A stretch of DNA of 64,000 nt from an uncultured Methanolobus sp. (lineage in GTDB: Archaea > Halobacteriota > Methanosarcinia > Methanosarcinales > Methanosarcinaceae): NCBI GenBank assembly GCA_963675495.1, contig OY776215.1, forward strand, positions 224,001-288,000, written 5' to 3'. The notes under the pieces are model-generated. The model was given only the letters and a program-made list of their open reading frames with translations, ran no database searches and was not told the DNA's origin. Below are positions 1-10,400 of the stretch, in pieces. Positions within the stretch are counted from its first letter, which is position 1; the number at the start of each line of letters is the position of its first letter. A program made the translations under genes and the position numbers.

Positions 1-3000
1 GAAGTTCGAACCTATCGTCGTTGTGAGCAGGTATTGATGTTTCATCATTTCCCGGATGAACTTGGTACACAAAATTATCTGGTTCGTTCAACAGAATTCG
101 AATACAATAAAAGTACCCTTGCTTCATTTATCGCAAAAGTCATACAGTCAGGTTATGTTCGTAGAAATGATGGGACATATCTGAAAAAGTCACTCCCACC
201 GTTAGAGTTTGAATACAGCCAAGCAGTGATTCAGGAAAAAGTAGAGGTAATTGATACTAATAGTTTGGAAAATCTGCCTTGTGGTCTGGATGGTGCTCGC
301 TATCAATGGGTGGACCTCAATGGAGAAGGACTATCAGGCATTCTCACAGAACAAGCAGGCGCTTGGTTCTACAAGCCAAATCTGGGAGGGGGTAAATTTG
401 GCCCAATTCAGCAGCTTTCGGAAAAACCATCACTTGCCAATTTGAGTGGTGGCCAACAGCAACTGATGGATCTTGCAGGAGACGGTAAGCTTGATCTTGT
501 TGAGCTGAGAGGGGCTGTATCTGGCTTTTACGAACGTACTGATAACCAGAAGTGGAAAACGTTTGTACCGTTTAAATCACTGCCAAATATTGATTGGAAC
601 GACCCAAACCTGAGGTTTGTGGACCTCACAGGTGATGGCCATGCAGATATCCTGATAACTGAAGGCCAAGTTTTCACTTGGTATCCATCTCTTGGTGAAG
701 CAGGATTCAGCCCAAATGAAAAGGTCTATCAGGCGCTCGATGAAGATACCGGACCCAGGCTGATTTTTGCTGATGGTACACAATCCATTTACCTAGCTGA
801 CCTATCCGGCGACGGGCTCACTGACATTGCACGTATCAAAAATAATGAGGTATGTTACTGGCCCAATCTGGGTTATGCTCGTTTCGGTTCTAAAGTGACC
901 ATGGACAATCCACCATTATTTGATGATGATCAATTCAACCAGCAACGCATCCGTTTAGCTGATATTGATGGTTCAGGAACGACTGATATAATCTATCTGG
1001 GAAGAAATGGTGTTCATATTTATGCTAACCAGTCTGGGAACAGTTGGAGCGAAGTACGAACTTTGGAACAGTTCCCTCAGATTGACAATCTTACTTCAGT
1101 AATGGCAGCCGATCTTCTTGGCAACGGTACAGCTTGTCTTGTGTGGTCGTCTTCCCTACCAGGGGATACAGGGCGACAGATGCGATATATCGATTTGATG
1201 GGAGGACAGAAACCTCATCTATTGATTAGTTCAAATAATAATATGGGTGCACAGACCCGGGTTCATTACACTGCATCCACTACGTTTTATTTAGAGGACC
1301 AGAAAGCGGGGAAACCCTGGATCACAAGCATACCATTCCCTGTGTATGTAGTTGATCGTGTTGAAACCTACGACCAAATAAGCCGGAACAGATTTGTTAC
1401 CCGCTACGCCTACCACCATGGCTACTTTGACGGCATTGAGCGTGAGTTCCAGGGTTTTGGTATGGTTGAACAGTGGGACACTGAAGAGATAGGTACTGAT
1501 ATCTCAGAAATATCTGAAAGAGAGGATACTAATTGGAATAAGGAATCTTTTATCCCTCCGGTACTAACACGCACCTGGTTCCACACCGGTGCCTATCATG
1601 AAAGTGAAAGCATCTCTAAACATTTCAAGACTGAATACTATCGTGAGAGAGACCCCAGTTTAGGAGAGGGAGAAGTTGACGATAAGCAGCTTGAAGCTAT
1701 ATTATTACCTGACACCATCCTACCTGATGATATAAAAAGAGAAGAAATTTATGAAGCCTGTCGTTCTCTCAAAGGCAGCATTCTCCGTCAGGAGATCTAT
1801 GCACTGGATTGCCAACCTGATGGAAGCCCTTCAGAAGAGTCTGACCGGCCCTATACCGTTTCAGAGCGAAATTACACCATCAAATGCCTGCAACATCGAG
1901 GACAGAATAGACATGCTGTATTCTTCGTCCATCCTCGAGAAACAATCGATTTTAATTATGAACGCAAGCTCTACGACATCGGAGGGCACAAACATGCTGA
2001 CCCTCGTGTCACTCATTCCATGAATTTAGCTGTGGATGATTATGGTAATGTACTGCAATCTGTAGCAATTGGGTATGGCCATCGCCATGATATAACCAAT
2101 GATCTGCTAACAGATGAAGACAAGAATAAACAAAAGAAAACTCTTGTTACCTGCACTGTGAACAGTTATACCAATTCCATTGAAATGGATGATGCTTATC
2201 GCACACCTCTACCATATGAAATGTGTACTTACGAATTACTGAAGTTTTCTCCTGCCGCAAAAGAACCTCTTGTAACAAACCTTTTCCGCTTCAATGAGAT
2301 GCTGAGCAAGGTGAAAGATGTGAGTGATGGCCAGCATGAGATTCCATATGAAGATATTGATGCTATCGGTGCTCAAGAAGAAGGCCCTTATCGCCGTCTC
2401 ATAGAACACATGCGTACTTATTACCGTAAGAACAATCTGACAGGTAGACTGCCCCTAAAAGAACTCGAATCCTTAGCCTTGCCTTATGAAAGCTTTAAAT
2501 TAGCCTTTACGCCTGATCTTGTTACAAAGGTCTATGGCAACAGGGTTGCAAATACGATGTTTTCAAATGAAGGAATGTATGTCCACCTTGAAGGAGATAT
2601 GAACTGGTGGATTTCATCCGGACGGGTATTTTACTCGCCTGGAGAAAGCAATACTTCTGATGAAGAACTTACCTTTGCAAGTGAACATTTCTTTTTACCA
2701 CATAGGTTTTACGATCCATTTGGCAATCGCACAATTGTGCTTTATGATAGCAATGAAATCGATTCTGCAAAGAATTATAACTTACTATTGAAAGAAACAC
2801 ACGATGATTTAGGGAATAAAGTTACTGCAAAGAATGATTACAGGGTGCTACAGCCGAAATTAATGACAGATCCCAATGGCAACCGTTCTGCTGCTGTCTT
2901 TGATGCACTTGGTATGGTAGTTGGTACTGCTGTTATGGGTAAAATACCTGAACCGGACGAAAAAAGCAAGGGAGATAACCTAGATAAATTCGAAGCAGAT

Positions 3001-6000
3001 ATCACCCTGTCGGAGATACAGGCATTTGTTGCTAACCCAAGGGATACAGCATCAGGACTGTTAAAGGGTGCATCAAGTAGAATTATTTATGATATTGACC
3101 GTTTTTCACGTTGCAGTCAGCCGATATTTGCAGCTACGTTGACAAGAGAAATACACCAAAGTGACCTAGGAGACGATGCATCTCCAATTCAAATAGGAAT
3201 GACGTATTCGGATGGATTCGGGCGTGAGATCCAGACAAAAATCCAGGCTGAGCCCGGTGATGCACCAGAGAGAGAAAAAGACGAGATCTTGCCAAGTGGG
3301 GATATTAATTCCGGTGAGCTTATCCTTGAAAATGGAGAGCCAAAGCGACCTTATCCTTATACAGATCATAGGTGGGTGGGTAAAGGGCGTACTGTCTATA
3401 ACAACAAGGGCAAGCCTGTAAAGCAGTACGAGCCTTTCTTCAGCAGTACGCACCTGTTCGAGAAAGAGCCAGAGATGACGGATACTGGGGTTACACCTGT
3501 ACTGTTATATGACCCGGTGGAGAGGAATATGGCTACGCTGCATCCGAACCATACATATGAGAAAGTGGTCTTTGACCCGTGGCACCAGAAAATTTATGAT
3601 GTAAATGATACTGTAGCTGCTGATCCACGGGAAGATGCTGATATATCCGGTTACGTTAGAGGGTACTTCGAGAGAGAAGCCCCTGACGATGACTGGGAAA
3701 CATGGCTTCAACAAAGGGATATCGACCCCACCGATCCACCATCAGAGACCTCAATCCCTGACCCTGAGAAGAAAGCTGCTATTCGCACTCTTATCCATGC
3801 AGATACTCCAAAAGTTGACTTTTTTGATACCCTGGGACGTGCTTTCCTCACTGTTGACCACAATCGGTCCAAGAGGAGTGATAAGCCGGATTCTGAGATG
3901 CCTGCTGATGAGTTTTACTGTACACGTATAATTCTCGATATAGAGGGCAATCAGCGAGAGGTCATTGATGCCAAAGATCGCATAGTCATGAGCTATGATT
4001 ACGATTTACTTGGTAATCGCATTCATCAGGCCAGCATGGAAGCTGGTGAGAGGTGGATGCTGAACAATGTAGCTGGCAATCCAATTCGGACATGGGATAG
4101 TCGCGGTTTTGAAAGATGTATGACTTATGATGCTTTGCAGCGCCCTCTTGAATTGCATGTGACAGATTCGAACGGGAATAGTTTCCTGGCTGAAAAAACG
4201 GTGTATGGTGAATCAAAGAAGGGACCTGAAAAGACAAACCATCGTTCAAAACCATGGAAAGTATATGACGGAGCAGGAATCCTTGTTAGCGAAAGTTATG
4301 ATTTTAAGGGTAATCTTCTGCTAAGCAGTCGCCAATTACTATCAATCTCCGATTGTAAGGAGCAGGTAGACTGGTCCCTGAATCCTCAACCGATTGAAAC
4401 ATTCACCAACAGAACCGTCTATGATGCTCTCAACCGTCCAATCCAGATGATTGCTCCTCACAGCAATAAGGATGGAACAAAGATCAATATTATTCAACCA
4501 GTTTATAATGAAGCTAACCTGCTGGAACGCGAGGAAGTATGGTTGGAGTGTGAAATAGTTTGGCTGGAACAAAATGTAAAGCCTGATGGACTACTTGACC
4601 CGACAACTGCCACTATGCATGCTGTCAAAAATATTGATTACAACGCAAAGGGTCAACGCGAACTCATCGAGTATGGAAATGGAGCAGAAACCCGGTATAC
4701 TTACGACCCTGAAACCTTCAGACTTATCCACCTATATAGTCGACGTGGAGCGGAGTTCAATGAAGATTGTGGTGGCAAGCCTCCTCTCTCTCCATCTCCA
4801 GTAAAGCCTCCGAAGGATAAAACATGTGGACTGCAAAATCTCCATTATACGTATGATCCTGTTGGCAACATAATTCATATCCGCGATGATGCTCAGCAGA
4901 CGATTTTCTTTAATGGAGAAGTAATACGACCAGATACAGAATATTGGTATGATGCTATCTATCGTTTAACAGAAGCTCATGGTAGAGAACATGTGGGACA
5001 GGCAACAGTACCGCATACCACCTGGAATGATAAAGGCAGGGTCAACCTGGAACATCCCCATGATGGTCAGAAGATGCGTAACTACTTTGAGTTCTACGAG
5101 TATGACGAAGTTGGAAACATTCAGAAGTTAGACCATAAGGCCAGGGATGGAGACTGGATTCGTGACTACAAATATGAAAAAGATAGCCTAATAGAATCCA
5201 ATATGGATAAGCAAAATAATTATTTAACCTGCACAATTGTCCATCCAAAAGGTCAAAATTCTATAACAGAACCATACTCATATGATTCTCATGGCAATAT
5301 GGTTTCTATGCCTCATTTCAACCAGACCATCACAAATCCTATGTCCTGGGATTTTGAAGACCAGCTTCAATCAATCGATAAAGGCGGTGGATGCATTGTA
5401 TATTATACATATGATGCCGGTGGACAGAGGGTACGCAAGGTCATTGAGCATAATGGGATTCCGAAGAAAGAGCGGATTTATCTTGGCGGCTTCGAGGTCT
5501 ATCGGGAGTACAACGACAATAATACTTCAAAGCTTGATCGTGAAACACTGCATATAATGGACGACAAGCAGCGTATCGCCATGGTGGAGACTAGAATTGA
5601 CACGGTAGACAGCAATTCGCTGGTGCGTTACCAACTTGGAAATCATCTAGGTTCGGTAAGTTTGGAGCTAGATGAGAAAGCACGAATCATATCCTACGAG
5701 GAGTATTATCCCTATGGGGGCACGTCGTATCAGGGAGTAAATAAGGCCATCAAGGCAGTGGCCAAACGTTATCGCTATACAGGCAAAGAGCGGGACGATG
5801 AGAGCGGGTTGTACTACCACGGGGCGCGGTATTATGCACCGTGGTTGGGAAGATGGATAAGTTGTGATCCAATTGGAATTCAGGATGATATAGATTTATA
5901 TAAATATGCTAAAAACAATCCAACGAAATACATTGATACAACAGGAAATACAATTACTCCTGCTGCAAGATGGGAGGTAAAAGGAGGGATCAAATTCTCT

Positions 6001-6876
6001 TTTGGATCTACAAGGGTAGAATTAACACCTTTTATTGAAGGCTCTGTTTCTTACTTAAGTAGTTTTCATGTGGGTGTTGATGCTGGAGCAAAGTTTGAAT
6101 TCTACTCAGCTTCTGGTAAATACGGACTCAAACGTGAAGCACATGGCGGAAACCTTTCAGGATATATTGGAGCTGGATTATTGTTAGATAACACGCCTCC
6201 AGATAATCCACGAACCAATTCATTCGATGTTCGGTCATTTGCAGGAAGTGGTGTATCATTACACAATATAGTCTTTGGCTATGGTATTTCATCTTTTTTT
6301 GGAGAATTTGATGATGATTCATTCAATCCAATACCACCTGAACATTTACGTCTCTTTTCTAGAACAGGAATTTATTACGGAAGTTTAAATTTTGGAGAAT
6401 GGTATTCTAAGTCATGGTATGCGAATGACAATTTAATGGGAGGAAATGGCTTGGATGCAAATGAATCTGCTTTTGGAGGTATTCAAGTCAGGAAAGGCGA
6501 AGAATCGCTTGAACTTAGCTTTTTCGATGTCACTGACCAAATAGAACATGTTACTTCAGGGACTAAAGGATTCAAAGACGTCAGAGACTCAGAAGGTGTG
6601 CGAAAAGTTGAAGAAGGAACGCAGTGGGACAAAAATAGAGGATTAGGTATCTACAAATCTAAAGGACCAGGTGTCTCTTTGCATGTTATTAATGTAGCAT
6701 ATTCTAGAGGTCCGCTTCAATTCAAAGCTGGGCTAATGGGTAAATTTGCCTATGACTGGACTCAAGGCTTGGCACATAAAATTGGAGGATGGCATCATCA
6801 TCGACATGATCAAAATACTAGGTTCTTTTTTGATTTTACTTTAGAGGTATCTCATGCAGAACAAAATAATTATTGA
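1..6876 (+). CDS. Tc toxin TcB-TcC fusion (SpvB end, FG-GAP propeller, TcdB mid domains, RHS/YD shell, RHS core, C-terminal toxin); 5'-truncated by the window
   Basis: Frame is open from base 1 (EVRTYRRCEQVLMFHHFP, the SpvB-domain end motif of TcB). FG-GAP-like repeats (DLNGEG, DLAGDG, DLTGDG, DIDGSG), YHHGYFDGIEREFQGFG, YSDGFGREIQ, YD repeats, and RHS core RYRYTGKERDDESGLYYHGARYYAPWLGRWISCDPIG...NNPTKYIDTTG. Confidence 0.95.
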   Translation, partial: EVRTYRRCEQVLMFHHFPDELGTQNYLVRSTEFEYNKSTLASFIAKVIQSGYVRRNDGTYLKKSLPPLEFEYSQAVIQEKVEVIDTNSLENLPCGLDGARYQWVDLNGEGLSGILTEQAGAWFYKPNLGGGKFGPIQQLSEKPSLANLSGGQQQLMDLAGDGKLDLVELRGAVSGFYERTDNQKWKTFVPFKSLPNIDWNDPNLRFVDLTGDGHADILITEGQVFTWYPSLGEAGFSPNEKVYQALDEDTGPRLIFADGTQSIYLADLSGDGLTDIARIKNNEVCYWPNLGYARFGSKVTMDNPPLFDDDQFNQQRIRLADIDGSGTTDIIYLGRNGVHIYANQSGNSWSEVRTLEQFPQIDNLTSVMAADLLGNGTACLVWSSSLPGDTGRQMRYIDLMGGQKPHLLISSNNNMGAQTRVHYTASTTFYLEDQKAGKPWITSIPFPVYVVDRVETYDQISRNRFVTRYAYHHGYFDGIEREFQGFGMVEQWDTEEIGTDISEISEREDTNWNKESFIPPVLTRTWFHTGAYHESESISKHFKTEYYRERDPSLGEGEVDDKQLEAILLPDTILPDDIKREEIYEACRSLKGSILRQEIYALDCQPDGSPSEESDRPYTVSERNYTIKCLQHRGQNRHAVFFVHPRETIDFNYERKLYDIGGHKHADPRVTHSMNLAVDDYGNVLQSVAIGYGHRHDITNDLLTDEDKNKQKKTLVTCTVNSYTNSIEMDDAYRTPLPYEMCTYELLKFSPAAKEPLVTNLFRFNEMLSKVKDVSDGQHEIPYEDIDAIGAQEEGPYRRLIEHMRTYYRKNNLTGRLPLKELESLALPYESFKLAFTPDLVTKVYGNRVANTMFSNEGMYVHLEGDMNWWISSGRVFYSPGESNTSDEELTFASEHFFLPHRFYDPFGNRTIVLYDSNEIDSAKNYNLLLKETHDDLGNKVTAKNDYRVLQPKLMTDPNGNRSAAVFDALGMVVGTAVMGKIPEPDEKSKGDNLDKFEADITLSEIQAFVANPRDTASGLLKGASSRIIYDIDRFSRCSQPIFAATLTREIHQSDLGDDASPIQIGMTYSDGFGREIQTKIQAEPGDAPEREKDEILPSGDINSGELILENGEPKRPYPYTDHRWVGKGRTVYNNKGKPVKQYEPFFSSTHLFEKEPEMTDTGVTPVLLYDPVERNMATLHPNHTYEKVVFDPWHQKIYDVNDTVAADPREDADISGYVRGYFEREAPDDDWETWLQQRDIDPTDPPSETSIPDPEKKAAIRTLIHADTPKVDFFDTLGRAFLTVDHNRSKRSDKPDSEMPADEFYCTRIILDIEGNQREVIDAKDRIVMSYDYDLLGNRIHQASMEAGERWMLNNVAGNPIRTWDSRGFERCMTYDALQRPLELHVTDSNGNSFLAEKTVYGESKKGPEKTNHRSKPWKVYDGAGILVSESYDFKGNLLLSSRQLLSISDCKEQVDWSLNPQPIETFTNRTVYDALNRPIQMIAPHSNKDGTKINIIQPVYNEANLLEREEVWLECEIVWLEQNVKPDGLLDPTTATMHAVKNIDYNAKGQRELIEYGNGAETRYTYDPETFRLIHLYSRRGAEFNEDCGGKPPLSPSPVKPPKDKTCGLQNLHYTYDPVGNIIHIRDDAQQTIFFNGEVIRPDTEYWYDAIYRLTEAHGREHVGQATVPHTTWNDKGRVNLEHPHDGQKMRNYFEFYEYDEVGNIQKLDHKARDGDWIRDYKYEKDSLIESNMDKQNNYLTCTIVHPKGQNSITEPYSYDSHGNMVSMPHFNQTITNPMSWDFEDQLQSIDKGGGCIVYYTYDAGGQRVRKVIEHNGIPKKERIYLGGFEVYREYNDNNTSKLDRETLHIMDDKQRIAMVETRIDTVDSNSLVRYQLGNHLGSVSLELDEKARIISYEEYYPYGGTSYQGVNKAIKAVAKRYRYTGKERDDESGLYYHGARYYAPWLGRWISCDPIGIQDDIDLYKYAKNNPTKYIDTTGNTITPAARWEVKGGIKFSFGSTRVELTPFIEGSVSYLSSFHVGVDAGAKFEFYSASGKYGLKREAHGGNLSGYIGAGLLLDNTPPDNPRTNSFDVRSFAGSGVSLHNIVFGYGISSFFGEFDDDSFNPIPPEHLRLFSRTGIYYGSLNFGEWYSKSWYANDNLMGGNGLDANESAFGGIQVRKGEESLELSFFDVTDQIEHVTSGTKGFKDVRDSEGVRKVEEGTQWDKNRGLGIYKSKGPGVSLHVINVAYSRGPLQFKAGLMGKFAYDWTQGLAHKIGGWHHHRHDQNTRFFFDFTLEVSHAEQNNY

Positions 6877-7164
6877 TTTTTTAATAGTGTTTACAATAAT
6901 CTATTAAGATATTTAAAATCAAACATTAATGGTGATGGAGTTCTATCAGACCGAATTTAAAACGTGCATTTTAATCCAAGTTTGAAGGACGTTAGGAACT
7001 TGCATATAGAATAATTAGTCTGCACTCATGAAGGAGCTATTCTCTCCGCTGCAGAGTATCTGATAGCAATTTTGTATTTTGATGAGGATGAACTAGGTTC
7101 TTTCAAAAAAGGTTTGCTTCCAACAGGGCCAACTTCAGCATTTTATTTTATTCTGAGTTTGTAG
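6854..7164 (+). pseudogene. Possible decayed gene overlapping the toxin 3' end (immunity-gene position)
   Basis: GAGGT plus ATG at 6854 gives MQNKIIIDFLIVFTIIY*. A shifted frame continues ...LRYLKSNINGDGVLSDRI*NVHFNPSLKDVRNLHIE*LVCTHEGAILSAAEYLIAILYFDEDELGSFKKG..., with TAA at 6958 and 7012. Confidence 0.3.
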
Positions 7165-7228
7165 TTTTTCTCTGAAATAGGAGGTAATTATCATACTCCA
7201 CTGGTGATTGTGAAGACAAAAATAGAGT

Positions 7229-7489
7229 ATGAATACATTATGTTGCATATTGAAATTTAAAGGAATGGGGAAAATGAGTGAAATGAATCAAACTGAATGT
7301 ATTAACGTAAATTTCAGAAATGAAACAGGTATTTTTAATAAATCTTTTTTACATCTAGAGAAATATGATAAAATAAATTACAACAAATCACTAAGAAAAG
7401 TTACTATTCTGGTTGAAACAACCCTAAAAGGATTCTCATCTGAAAGATTGAGAAAAGCCTCTATGAATCATGTTCCACAGGTGATATGA
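7229..7489 (+). CDS. Small hypothetical protein
   Basis: 86-aa ORF whose stop overlaps the TcA start (ATGA at 7486-7489). No recognisable motif. Confidence 0.3.
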   Translation: MNTLCCILKFKGMGKMSEMNQTECINVNFRNETGIFNKSFLHLEKYDKINYNKSLRKVTILVETTLKGFSSERLRKASMNHVPQVI

Positions 7490-10400
7490 ACATGAATGAG
7501 ATTACTTTTCCATTGGGACCGGAGATGAGAGGTTCTGACGTTACAAATTTACAAAATGCACTGCTACTTTTCCTCGACCTAAGTATTTTCTTACAAGGCG
7601 ATGAAGATACCAAGAAATATCTATCTGATGCAGTAAAAAGTGAAAATAACAAACAGACATATTATAAAGCCACTCATGAATTGGTAAAAATCTTTCAGGA
7701 AGAACAAAAATTAAAGGTTAGCGGTAATGTTGACAAAGCTACCGCCAGCGTTATCAATGCTACTCTGCGCAAAATAGGTCTGCTTGATGAGCAGAAAAAG
7801 GTCACATCGATTGGAACCTTCGATAAAAAGTATACCGTCATTTGTCAGGTCATAGATTTGCAAGATAATCCCATTATTGGTCTCCAAGTCCAAGCTTTCG
7901 ATCATGATCCCATCTCCCCTCATGAACCGCTTGGTGAGATGCTTACCACCAATGATGGTGGGATAGCAAATATCCATTTTAGACAATCCGATCTTACCGA
8001 GCATCCGGAAGGAGAAGGACCAAATATCTACTTTAAGGTCTACCGTAAAAATACCCTGCTCGAATATACCTTGCCCAAAGATGAAAATGACAATGGGGTT
8101 CTTCAGGGTTTCAAAACTCAACACGATCCTATCACGATCCAGATCGAAAAGCATCACGTTGTAAAAGGATATATCGTTCTTGAGAACGGAGTTCCTGCTC
8201 AAAATCTTGAACTTCTTATCTACAACCGGGAATTTGGCGAGAAAGATGGCTTGCTCATTGACAAAACAAAGACCAATAACAAGGGACATTACACATTAAC
8301 TTACAATCCTGATGGGGAAATCCACAACCTCGATGTGCGGATTAGAGATCCAAAAGATCCACAAAAAGAAATTCCACTTGCTAAGACCAGATTCAACGCA
8401 AGTTCTTATGAAGTGCTGAACCTTGTTGCCCCCGCTCTATCCCTTCAGTCGGAGTATCAACGACTGAAAATGGATCTGAAGTCTCATGTGAGTGATATGA
8501 ACAAACTTACTGATGTTGTGGAGAACACTGAACAAAGGGATCTCACCATATTGAATCGAGCCACCGGGTGGGATGCACGCCTTATCGCACTGGCTTCGGT
8601 TGCTGCAAAATTGAATGCTGAATCTGATATAGGTCTATCTCAGGAAGTACTCTATGGACTTTTCCGTGTTGGATTACCATTTGATAAACATCAACTGGCA
8701 CAGGTGAGTGTTGAAGCCGTAGACCTAGCACTTAAGAAAGGACGAGAGGCTGGCATTATCGATCTGAGTGACAGCCAGTTGAAGAATGCAAAGGAACAGT
8801 TTGAAACTTTCTCTCTAAACACACGTTTGGAAATACCAGCACCTGGATCTCAATCGACTTACAATGATTTGCTCAATTCCGTCAATTTAGATAAAAAAAC
8901 ACGTGATAAGTTCGCTTCATTGTTCCTGAAACATCGAGGTGATGCTGCCCAATTGTGGGAGGAGGCAGCTAATAATAATATTGAATCAGAGGACATAAAA
9001 GTTCTGCAACTGCAAGGCAAGCTGGCCTTTCTGACTCGTAATAGCAAAACCATGACCAATCTACTGCAAGAAAAAATGGAGGTTAGCGATCCGGTGGAGC
9101 TGGTCGAGCAGAGTTATTATAAACCAGAGATATGGAAGGCTAAAATAAATGATTTGGCTGGGATTGAGGAATTGATTCCGCTTGCCTACGAAGCCGAAAA
9201 TGTCGATGACCGCCTGAATGCCTATGCCGAGGATATGGCACGCAAAGTACGCCTGAGCTATCCCACGCAGGTGATCAGGCATATGATCGAGCAGGATGAA
9301 GATGATGAATTGTTCAAACTTGGTAGTGCCAGGCTTGCAACTGCTGCATTGTTAAAGAAAGCTGTAACCCTGGGATTCAGATTCGGGCAAACTCCTGTTG
9401 AAGCCTTCTTAAGGGATCATCACGATAAATTGAATGACATCGACACAAACGAATTTGAAAGTGCAAAGCAGGGAATGAAGACCTTGCAATGTGTGTACCA
9501 GCTTACCCCTGACAATGAGTCTATGATCGTTCTTTTAAATTCAGGATTGACTTCAGCATATGATGTGGGAGCCTTCTCACAAAAAGAGTTTCTGAAAAGT
9601 TATGGTCATAAATTCCCCTCACTTGAACAGGCCAAATTAATACATCGTAAAGCAGAGCAGGTAAGTAATGTCACTCATAATCTGCTCACCATCTTCAAAA
9701 AGCTAGACAGTGATGTGACAATCTATGGCATGTCCGCACCTGAAGAAGTACGTGAAAACACAAAGAAAGAGTTGATAAAACAGTTCCCTACTCTGGAATC
9801 ACTTTTCGGGTCAATGGACTTCTGCGAGTGTGAGCACTGCCGCTCGGTACTCAGCCCGGCAGCTTATCTGGTGGATTTGCTACAATTTATTGATGACGAA
9901 AAGAAACCTTACGATGTCCTCATTGAACGCCGCCCAGACATACCACATATACCCCTCACATGTGAAAACACCAATATCGCATTGCCTTACATTGATGTTG
10001 TCAATGAAATTCTTGAATATTATGTCGCCAATAATAAGGAACTTGATGAGAAGGCTGCATACGATACCGGCAATGCTACTACAGAGGAGCTGATGGCCGA
10101 ACCACAAAATGTAATTACCAAAGCCTATGATGAGCTCCAGAAAGCACGTTATCCCCTCAACCTACCCTTCGATCTCTGGATTGACACGGTACGCCAGTTC
10201 TGCAATCACTTCGAAACCCCACTGTGGAAACTGCTCGAAGTCTTCCGAAAGGGAGATGAATTGTCCGTCCACACTCAACCATATGATTGGGAAGCTATCT
10301 TTATTGAATCGCTGGGAATGTCGCCAGCAGAATATGCCATCTTTACCGATCAGGATCCACTTGATGAGTGGTACGAACCTGATCCTCATGATAAATGGTA

